Below, in pieces: positions 57,502-64,000 of a stretch of DNA of 64,000 nucleotides (position 1 is the first letter of the stretch; the number at the start of each line of letters is the position of its first letter). Both the position numbers and the translations under genes were made by a program. The DNA is from Bacteroidota bacterium. Lineage in GTDB: Bacteria; Bacteroidota; Ignavibacteria; Ignavibacteriales; Ignavibacteriaceae. The notes beneath the pieces were generated by a model. It saw nothing but the letters and a program-made list of their open reading frames with translations. It was not told the origin of the DNA and did no database searches. The stretch is taken from the NCBI GenBank assembly GCA_021831685.1, contig JAKBMG010000199.1, positions 2,100 through 66,099 of the forward strand, in the 5' to 3' direction.

Positions 57502-58983
57502 TCATTTGTTTTCTTTTTCTGCAAATCTTTTCCAGATAAAATAGACCGGTATTCCTAAAAGAACGATTATCATTCCGGGCCAGGAATACATTGGTTTGAA
57601 AATTAAAAGATCAATTGAAATTGCAGAGGCGGCTAAAATATAAAGGGCTGGAACTACCGGGTAACCCCAGGCTTTGTATGGACGCTCGGCATCAGGTCGT
57701 TTTTTTCTCAAGAGAAAAATTCCCGCAATAGTAAGAATATAAAAAATTAGAACAGCAAATATTACATAATCAAGCAAATCGCCATACGTCCCCGAAAGAC
57801 ATAGAAGAGAAGCCCAAATAGCTTGCACAACAAGCGCAACACCCGGTACCGAATTTTTGTTTATCGTTCCGGTTTTTTTAAAGAACAAATTATCTTTTGC
57901 CATTGCATAATAAACACGTGCGCCGGCAAGTATTAAACCATTGTTGCATCCAAAAGTTGAGATCATAATTAGGACTGCCATAATTACTACTGCGGGTGCT
58001 CCAAATATCATTGAGGATGCTGCTGTAGCAACTCTATCGCTTAAGGCAAATTGAATGCCCCTGCCAACTACGCTAACTCCTTCAGGAGTTCCTTTCAAAG
58101 GGAGAACTAAAATATAAGCCACATTAGCACCGATATAAAGGAGCGTAACAATTGCAGTCCCAAGGAACAAACTCAAGGGAATATTTCTTTTAGGGTTTTT
58201 TACTTCTGCCGCGGTAAAGGTAATGTTATTCCAAGCATCGCTTGAAAACAATGAACCGACCATCGCTACTCCAATTGCTGCCAGAAGCATTGAACCTGAT
58301 AAAGATTCAACAGAAATTATTTTCCCGTTAGAAATATGAGTCCAACTTGCGTTCCAGAAATTTGAGAAGTTAGCTCCGATCGCAGCGGCATTTTTCCCGA
58401 TAAAAAAGGCAAGAAGTATTAGACCGAATAAAGCGACAACTTTTGAAAAGGTAAAAATATTTTGGACAATTTTCGCGGTGCGCACTCCGCGAATATTCGA
58501 AGATGTAAGAACAACTACACTTAATATAGCAAGTATTTGTGCAGCCGATATTTTTAATCCGAATAATGAGAACAAAATATTATTTTCGCTGAACCATGGA
58601 ATTAAGACGGCGGTGTACTTTGCAAATGCAACAGCAACTGCGGCAATAGTTCCGGTTTGGATTACAAGGAAAAGAGTCCAGCCGTATAAAAATCCAACTA
58701 AGGGATTATATGCTTCACGGAGATAAACATATTGCCCGCCGGCATGAGGAAGCATTCCGGCAAGCTCGCCGTAACTTAAAGCTGCAGTAATTGTAATTGC
58801 GCCTGTAATCAACCATACAAGAAGCAGATAGCCTGGTGACCCGACAGTCCTTGCAATATCAGCGCTTACGATAAAAATTCCAGAACCAATCATCGAGCCA
58901 ATTACAATCATTGTAGAGTCAAGTAAACCAAGTTCCCTTTTAAAATCCTTAGTTTCAGTAAAAGTTGTATCCGGTTTCTCCAT
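57502..58983 (-). CDS. APC-family amino acid/polyamine permease
   Basis: Twelve or more TM segments and the N-terminal motif VIGSMIGSGIFIVSADI. Confidence 0.85.
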   Translation of the reverse strand: MEKPDTTFTETKDFKRELGLLDSTMIVIGSMIGSGIFIVSADIARTVGSPGYLLLVWLITGAITITAALSYGELAGMLPHAGGQYVYLREAYNPLVGFLYGWTLFLVIQTGTIAAVAVAFAKYTAVLIPWFSENNILFSLFGLKISAAQILAILSVVVLTSSNIRGVRTAKIVQNIFTFSKVVALFGLILLAFFIGKNAAAIGANFSNFWNASWTHISNGKIISVESLSGSMLLAAIGVAMVGSLFSSDAWNNITFTAAEVKNPKRNIPLSLFLGTAIVTLLYIGANVAYILVLPLKGTPEGVSVVGRGIQFALSDRVATAASSMIFGAPAVVIMAVLIMISTFGCNNGLILAGARVYYAMAKDNLFFKKTGTINKNSVPGVALVVQAIWASLLCLSGTYGDLLDYVIFAVLIFYILTIAGIFLLRKKRPDAERPYKAWGYPVVPALYILAASAISIDLLIFKPMYSWPGMIIVLLGIPVYFIWKRFAEKENK

Positions 58984-59052
58984 ACTAATCTTTCATCAAA
59001 TTTTAAAATGATTTAATAATTTTAACATACAAATTATTTATCAAATGTGATG

Positions 59053-59736
59053 TTAAATTAAACTGGCAAGAATATTTATAATTAGCGCAAGGATCGCTGT
59101 GTTAAAAGCAAAAGAAAGAACACCATGCAATAAAACCAAGCGCCTCATTCTTTTTGAAGTTACTTGAACATCAGAGACCTGGCAGGTCATGCCTACGACA
59201 AAAGAGAAGTAAGAAAAGTCCATATAATCCGGTTCCCTTTTCCCAGGGAAATCCAATCCGCCGTCATTTTCTTTATTGTCAAGAGTGATTTTATCACCGT
59301 AATAAACATGTGCATATCGAAGGGCAAATAAAGTATGAATTAAAAGCCAGGAACAAATTACAGAAGCAATAGCAAGAGAAATGTGAAACGTTAGTTCACT
59401 AGCCGGAAGACCTTTGCTTGAGCCGAGGACAAAGCCAACGGCGAAAAGACTAATACAAGCCGCAATTATAACTAAGGAAAAAATTGTAGTACGGCTTGAA
59501 TCTTGCTTCTTTGCAGTTAGCCTAATTTGATGTATTTCTGTGATTGATATTGAAATCCAGCTTAAGACCAAAGTAATAACGGCAAAAACGTCCCAACCCA
59601 ATGTAATCAGGTTTGGAATAGACAGAAATCTTTGAGATATAAGTAAGAATAGAAGTGATATCAATAATGCAATGGCCGACCGATGATGGGAGTCTAATTT
59701 ACTAATTTTATTAAATGACAGCATTTTTTTAATCAA
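59053..59736 (-). CDS. DUF1345-family membrane protein
   Basis: LRYAHVYY...GGLDFPG..PDYMDFSYFSFVVGMTCQVSDV, the conserved DUF1345 core. Confidence 0.7.
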   Translation of the reverse strand: MIKKMLSFNKISKLDSHHRSAIALLISLLFLLISQRFLSIPNLITLGWDVFAVITLVLSWISISITEIHQIRLTAKKQDSSRTTIFSLVIIAACISLFAVGFVLGSSKGLPASELTFHISLAIASVICSWLLIHTLFALRYAHVYYGDKITLDNKENDGGLDFPGKREPDYMDFSYFSFVVGMTCQVSDVQVTSKRMRRLVLLHGVLSFAFNTAILALIINILASLI

Positions 59737-59811
59737 ATGACAGAAAGATTATAAAAATAATTTTCTCATGTAATATAGGTAAAGAATAATATTTTAGAGA
59801 AGATAATACTC

Positions 59812-59848
59812 AAAAAAAATCCCCGGATTAAATAAATAACCGGGGATT
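59812..59848 (-). terminator. rho-independent terminator (RRM protein gene)
   Basis: The minus strand reads AATCCCCGG-N13-CCGGGGATT followed by T8, about 14 nt after the stop at 59862. Confidence 0.85.
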
Positions 59849-59861
59849 GAAAAGCAGGAAA

Positions 59862-60212
59862 TTACCAGCGTCTACCGCCACCACCGCTGCCGCCTCTGTT
59901 TCCGCCGCCGCTGCTACTGCCGCCACGACGATTATTTCCGCCGCCGCCGCTGCCGCCGCGTCTATCGCCGGTACGAGGTCTAGCTTCATTAACGGTAATT
60001 TTTTTACCTTTAAGATCTTTTGTGTTAAGTTCATCCATAGCTTTTTGAGCTTCCGAAAGACCTGGCATTTCTACAAATCCAAATCCTTTCGATTCCTGGC
60101 TAAACATATCTCTAATGACTTTAGCGCTTTTTACTTGTCCGTAATTTGCGAAAAGTTCTTTCAAATCATCATCGGAAACATCCCGAGATAAATTGCCTAC
60201 AAAAATGTTCAT
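59862..60212 (-). CDS. RRM-type RNA-binding protein with an Arg/Gly-rich tail
   Basis: MNIFVGNLSRDV (RNP2), KGFGFVEM (RNP1) and the C-terminal tail RRGGSGGGGNNRRGGSSSGGGNRGGSGGGGRRW. A strong AGGAG Shine-Dalgarno motif lies 6 nt upstream of the ATG at 60212. The ORF-track extension to 60263 is unlikely. Confidence 0.88.
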   Translation of the reverse strand: MNIFVGNLSRDVSDDDLKELFANYGQVKSAKVIRDMFSQESKGFGFVEMPGLSEAQKAMDELNTKDLKGKKITVNEARPRTGDRRGGSGGGGNNRRGGSSSGGGNRGGSGGGGRRW

Positions 60213-60465
60213 GTTGACTCCTAAAAAATAATTTGTTAATAAGTTATAAGAATTAGCAAGCATTGAAAAAAAGGAGAAACAATCTTACTGAACAAATTTG
60301 GTAAACATAAGGGATGTTTAATTGCTTTTTATCCTGGATTCTAATTCTTTGGATACAATTTAAGTTAAATAATTCATTCTTACAAATAAAATTAAATGGA
60401 CTTAAAACTGCACGTTCTGAGTGAGAGCAGGTATATTGCCATGAGTTTTATAGCACGCTAAAGAC

Positions 60466-60745
60466 TTCCCACCGGCAGAGAGTGTTGTTGAACTCTTTTA
60501 TTTCGTCTCGAAAGAAGATAGGGGTTTCAGAACTGACTAAAAAGAGATTTCTTCCCGCAAACGGGGCAAACGGGGCAGGCCCTCCGCCTGCCGGTAGAGA
60601 GCGTTGCAGAACTCTCCTATTTAGTCTCGAACGTAAAGAGAGGTCTAAAAAGGGATTTCTCCCTCCGGTCGAAATGACATTTTGGAGTTGTGCAACAGCC
60701 TCGTTAGACAGGCACAGTTCCAAGAACCAGTTCACTTGATATATT
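60466..60745 (-). ncRNA. candidate structured RNA or leader: GC-rich tandem duplication upstream of the RRM gene (strand and ends uncertain)
   Basis: Two homologous units lie at 60468-60556 and 60587-60666 and are roughly three-quarters identical by eye. The 30-nt spacer holds CAAACGGGG x2 and the hairpin GGCAGG-N7-CCTGCC (60574-60592). On the minus strand each unit keeps a GGGA-GAAA-TCCC type hairpin and a GAGAG...CTCTC hairpin. The overlapping ORFs on both strands look non-coding. Confidence 0.4.
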
Positions 60746-60771
60746 TGACTAAAATTTTAATGTCCGTGATA

Positions 60772-61005
60772 TAGTAGTGTGTGACAAAATTGACACACTT
60801 TTTTTTGAAAGATTTAAATAAAAATTATAGGCTTGGTGGAGGCTTGTCATAGGCTTGTTAGATGCCTGGTGGAGTGAAGGAGAAATTAAGGGAAAGACAG
60901 GAAGAAAAAGGTTGCAGTTGTGACAAAATTGGCAGACATCAGAAGTGCTAAGAACTAGACACAAAAAGTAATTTTGAATCCTTTATGATTGTGCCAGATG
61001 ACACA
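60772..61005 (-). repeat. dispersed intergenic repeat, copy C (inverted orientation, boundaries approximate)
   Basis: The reverse complement aligns with copies A and B: CCAATTTTGTCACAA (60918-60932), a polypyrimidine tract, and AGGCAT-N5-AAGCCT-N5-AAGCCT-N5-AAGCCT. The near-palindrome GTGTGTGACAAAATTGACACAC lies at 60777-60798. Confidence 0.8.
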
Positions 61006-61386
61006 TCCATACTATTTAGTATTATCTTCAGATGAGCAGCGTTGGAATAATGGAAAAAATTAGTAAATCCCATGGCCCCACTATCTCAATTTTGGCAGAC
61101 AGCAAAACTCTAAGGACAAAACGAATGAGTAAGACTTTATTAGCTTAATGGGGCGAACTATCTACACTCTTTCTTGAAGAAGACCGAGCATGGGATTAAC
61201 AATAGGGATTGTAATTATAGCTCCTATAATTGTCCAAAATACTACTTCACCCAAAATTCATTTCCAAAGGATTAATCAAAAAATAATTTTGTAATTTTCA
61301 CTTGAAGATAAAAGTCAATCTGACAATATTAAATACACTAATTTTTCCATCACAATGAAATAAAAATCACAGCCGGATATAAAATT

Positions 61387-62577
61387 ATGTTTGTAAGAAA
61401 AAATCTTCTGCCGTTAATACTTTTTGTCATATTTCCCTTACAGATTTTTGCACAAAACTATTCACTAATCCCCTTTCGGTATAATGACAATTGGGGGTTT
61501 TGTGATAAGTACAAAAGAATTATAATTCAGCCAAAATACGACAGTGTTAATACTTTTTCGGGTGACTTTGCACGCGTTATTCTAAACGGAAAAACAGGTA
61601 TTATAAATTCAAATGGAAAAGAAATTGTAAAAATTAAGTATGATCGCATTTTTGATTTTTCGGAAGGACGGGCAAAGGTTTCTGCCGGCGTTAAATCCGG
61701 TTTTATAACTACTGGGGGTAAAGAAATTATTCCATTAATATTTGACGATGCCTATTCCTTTAGTGAAGGATTGGCTGCCGTTGAAATCGGGAATAAATGG
61801 GGTTTTATTGACAGACAAGGAAAAGTGATTATCCCAGTAAAATATGATTTTGTTTACGGCTTTAAGCATGGTTTAGCCGGAGCTAAAATAAACGGCAAAG
61901 GAGGGTTCTTAAACTTAAAAGGAGAAGCAGTAGTACCTTTTATGTTTGACGAAATACCTTTCTACTATAAAGAGGTTTTTAGAGATGGATTATCTGCCGT
62001 TCGTCAAAACGAAAAATTCGGATTCATAAACTCAAAGGGTGACTTGGTTATTCCGATGAGATTTGATGCTGTTAATTCTTTCAGAGAGGGTTATGCAAGT
62101 GTTAAAATGAGTTTTAGAAAAAAATGGGGTTACATCAATAAAAAGGGAGAACCTATCACTCAATTTATTTTTGATAAAGTATACTTCTTTCATGAAGGAC
62201 TTGCAGGTGTCGTGATAAAAGATTCTACCGGTTTTATTGATACTAAGGGAGAAATTGTAATTCCGGTTAAATATCAGGATGCTAATTCTTTTAGTGAAGG
62301 CTTGGCAAGAGTAAAATTTAATAACAAATATGGGTTTATTAATAAAGTCGGAGGCGTTGTAGTTCCAATTAAATATGAGGGAGCGGGAAATTTTTCCGAA
62401 GGACTTGCCGCAGTGAAAAAAAATGGGCTGTGGGGATATGTTAATAAAATTGGGGAAATAATAATTCCAATAAAATATAATTCGGCTACAGAATTTGAAA
62501 ACGGATTAGCCCTTGTAATTGATAATGGAAAATTTGGTTACATAAATTCTTCCGGTGTTGAATATTGGAAAAACTAA
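61387..62577 (+). CDS. WG-repeat (KWG) containing secreted protein
   Basis: Signal peptide plus about 11 tandem ~33-aa repeats of the form KWGFID..GK.VIP.KYD....FSEGLA.V. Confidence 0.8.
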   Translation: MFVRKNLLPLILFVIFPLQIFAQNYSLIPFRYNDNWGFCDKYKRIIIQPKYDSVNTFSGDFARVILNGKTGIINSNGKEIVKIKYDRIFDFSEGRAKVSAGVKSGFITTGGKEIIPLIFDDAYSFSEGLAAVEIGNKWGFIDRQGKVIIPVKYDFVYGFKHGLAGAKINGKGGFLNLKGEAVVPFMFDEIPFYYKEVFRDGLSAVRQNEKFGFINSKGDLVIPMRFDAVNSFREGYASVKMSFRKKWGYINKKGEPITQFIFDKVYFFHEGLAGVVIKDSTGFIDTKGEIVIPVKYQDANSFSEGLARVKFNNKYGFINKVGGVVVPIKYEGAGNFSEGLAAVKKNGLWGYVNKIGEIIIPIKYNSATEFENGLALVIDNGKFGYINSSGVEYWKN

Positions 62578-62601
62578 TGTGTGCTATTTTACAAAAATTA
62601 A

Positions 62602-63438
62602 TTACTGTGTAACTTTTTTGTAAGCTCTAACGTAATCAATAACCAATTGCTGCGGAAAAACAGTCGGATCAACGCCGTATATACCGCCCCAATTTCCGCC
62701 CACAGCAAGATTAAGCACGAAATGGAAGTCCTTATCAAATGGCCAGGATTGATAACCGGTATGATTATTTATATATGTGAAATATTTTGTAGAATCTACA
62801 TAAATATTAATAGTATCCTTAGACCATTCCATAGCATAGACATGAAATGCAGCAGTAGCATCATTCACCCGCAAAGTAGAAGTAGCATTAGAATTATCAC
62901 AATGGATTGATGCGTGAATTACCTCGGGATCATAACCGACATGTTCCATAATATCAATTTCACCGTTATCAGGCCAGCCTCCGTTTCCATAAGTCCATTG
63001 CGTCGGAAGCATCCAGATAGCAGGCCAGGTGCCTCTTCCGAAAGGAATTTTTGCTTTGACCTCAAAACGTCCGTAAGTCCAATTGCCGGTACCGGTAGAA
63101 ACCAGACGTGCGGATGTATAATTACTACCATTATAACTTTCGGAATCGGCTTCTATAATTAAGACACTATCTACAACACGCGCGTTTTGAAGCCTGTTTC
63201 TGGTATAATATTCAAGTTCGTTATTTCCCCAACCGTTATTTCCTACATCATAAGTCCATTTTGTAGAATCAGGATGGCCATTGTAGTTAAACTCATCAGA
63301 CCAGACCAACTGCCAGCCGTTTTTAATCTGCGGAGGCGGATTAGTCGAAGAATTATTTTCTGCAGGATTGGATTTGTTACATCCGCCGGATAAGATTGTA
63401 AAAGTAATAAATGTAATTAGAAATATATTTTTCAACAT
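62602..63438 (-). CDS. glycoside hydrolase family 16 lipoprotein (beta-1,3-glucanase/laminarinase-like)
   Basis: Lipobox ILSGGC, the catalytic motif GEIDIMEH (ExDxxE) and the WPAIWMLP motif. Confidence 0.88.
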   Translation of the reverse strand: MLKNIFLITFITFTILSGGCNKSNPAENNSSTNPPPQIKNGWQLVWSDEFNYNGHPDSTKWTYDVGNNGWGNNELEYYTRNRLQNARVVDSVLIIEADSESYNGSNYTSARLVSTGTGNWTYGRFEVKAKIPFGRGTWPAIWMLPTQWTYGNGGWPDNGEIDIMEHVGYDPEVIHASIHCDNSNATSTLRVNDATAAFHVYAMEWSKDTINIYVDSTKYFTYINNHTGYQSWPFDKDFHFVLNLAVGGNWGGIYGVDPTVFPQQLVIDYVRAYKKVTQ

Positions 63439-63798
63439 CCTTTTAAACTCGCAGCAAATCTTTTAAGAATTTTTTCACTGTAATAATAATATTGGCCACA
63501 GCAATAATCACCATTGACGGTATTAAATTTATTTCTTTAGGCTTATGCCTTTTCAATTAAAATTTGTTGTTTTATAAATCAAAATTTTTAAGTAATTCAT
63601 TTTGCGCAAAATTTAAGATTTAATAACCACGTTCTTCAGGAGGTGGACTAAACAAGATGATAAATTATGGCTTTAGCCACATAAACAGCAAATATGGGGC
63701 TAAAGCCCATGTTTTGTTTGGATAACCCTTAAAAAACATTCTCAAATAATAACATAATGCACCTTAAGCATCTATGTTCTTTATATAATTATCATATT

Positions 63799-64000
63799 TT
63801 ATTTCATCAAGATCATCTTCTTAGTCGAGACAAAATTATTCGTTATTAACTGATAGAAATATATTCCACTTGAAATATTACTAGCGTTAAACGATACATT
63901 ATAATTTCCTGTTGGTTTAACCTCTCCGTCGATTAAAGTCGATACTAATCTTCCTAAAGCGTCATATACTTTCAAAGTGACCGCACTTTTCTGAGGTACT
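63799..64000 (-). CDS. C-terminal end of a T9SS-sorted secreted protein (N-terminus beyond the window)
   Basis: My own minus-strand translation is ...VPQKSAVTLKVYDALGRLVSTLIDGEVKPTGNYNVSFNASNISSGIYFYQLITNNFVSTKKMILMK*. This is the classic type A Por/T9SS C-terminal sorting domain. The stop is at 63799-63801. Confidence 0.7.
   Translation of the reverse strand, partial: VPQKSAVTLKVYDALGRLVSTLIDGEVKPTGNYNVSFNASNISSGIYFYQLITNNFVSTKKMILMK

Noticed and set aside
59828-60191. Ala-rich ORFs (68 aa on the minus strand in an alternative frame, 114 aa on the plus strand) overlapping the RRM gene.
   Set aside because: These are alternative-frame readings of the GGN-rich codons that encode the Arg/Gly tail of the RRM protein. 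They are low-complexity artefacts.
60466-60740. Possible degenerate CRISPR mini-array or tracrRNA-like element. The units begin GTTGTTGAACTCTTTTATTTCGTCTCGAAAG and GTTGCAGAACTCTCCTATTTAGTCTCGAAC, which superficially resemble type II repeats.
   Set aside because: There are only two units, about 120 bp apart, and the homology runs through the would-be spacers. The repeats are only about 75% identical, and no cas genes lie anywhere in the window. A tandem duplication of a structured element fits better.
60400-60745. A known housekeeping RNA (tmRNA, RNase P RNA, SRP RNA or 6S RNA) in the GC-rich patch.
   Set aside because: I could not find the diagnostic motifs on either strand. There is no tRNA-like GGTTCGA T-loop with a CCA-proximal acceptor, no GAGGAAAGTCC-type RNase P core and no SRP domain IV GGAA/AGCA motif. 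The internal duplication is also atypical for these RNAs.
60749-60964. A 71-aa ORF (minus strand) inside repeat copy C, and the 107-aa ORF at 6378..6701 (minus strand).
   Set aside because: The 71-aa frame is not preserved in copies A and B, because inter-copy indels are not multiples of 3. The 107-aa ORF is antisense to the well-supported PorQ-like gene.
61150-61245. A small hydrophobic ORF on the minus strand (TTG start, about 30 aa: GEVVFWTIIGAIITIPIVNPMLGLLQERV), and a 32-aa plus-strand ORF at 61051-61149.
   Set aside because: There is no ATG start, no ribosome-binding site and no recognisable family. They could be chance ORFs in the 1.1-kb gene-poor region.
63668-63709. The hairpin GGCTTTAGCC-N19-GGCTAAAGCC followed by TGTTTTGTTTGG on the plus strand, in the 360-bp gap between GH16 and the T9SS-cargo gene. 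It was considered as a possible orphan terminator or sRNA 3' end.
   Set aside because: A 19-nt loop is large for an intrinsic terminator. There is no plus-strand gene or recognisable promoter upstream. On the minus strand it lacks a T-run. The evidence is too thin to call.
1-64000. Prophage, integrative element, IS element, toxin-antitoxin or defence island (restriction-modification, CBASS, retron, Cas and similar).
   Set aside because: I inspected every ORF of 60 aa or more on both strands. I recognised no integrase, transposase, reverse transcriptase, nuclease-helicase defence signature or phage structural protein. The accessory-looking content is limited to the noncoding repeats and the clusters reported in the findings.

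Overview
This is an AT-rich chromosomal window packed with about 60 ordinary housekeeping, envelope and transport genes. The gene content includes BamD, a PorQ/PorV-like barrel, a T9SS C-terminal sorting domain, two TonB-ExbB-ExbD sets, an H+-pyrophosphatase, AmmeMemoRadiSam A/B and a Gly-rich RRM protein. This suggests an FCB-group bacterium, probably Ignavibacteria/Chlorobi-like (inference only). I found no rRNA, tRNA, CRISPR array, transposase, integrase, phage or recognisable defence genes. One RNA element is clear: a cobalamin riboswitch in front of btuB. Four things are not explained by routine annotation. (1) A dispersed noncoding repeat of about 150-230 bp occurs in three copies (about 5930-6145 +, 35050-35246 +, 60772-61005 -). 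It has 11-bp-phased AAGCCT hexamers, a polypyrimidine tract and a terminal near-palindrome. (2) A GC-rich, tandemly duplicated, hairpin-rich segment (60466-60745) lies between repeat copy C and an RRM RNA-binding protein gene. It is a candidate structured RNA or autoregulatory leader. (3) Twin palindromes plus a -24/-12-like motif lie between a sigma-54 two-component system and a TonB-ExbBD operon. (4) A divergent cluster of unknown chemistry pairs a papain/C39-like peptidase and an isochorismatase-like hydrolase with a Ddl-like ATP-grasp ligase, an MFS transporter and DedA. No complete novel multi-gene system such as a defence island can be supported from the sequence alone. Protein calls rest on motif recognition in the supplied translations, not on database searches.
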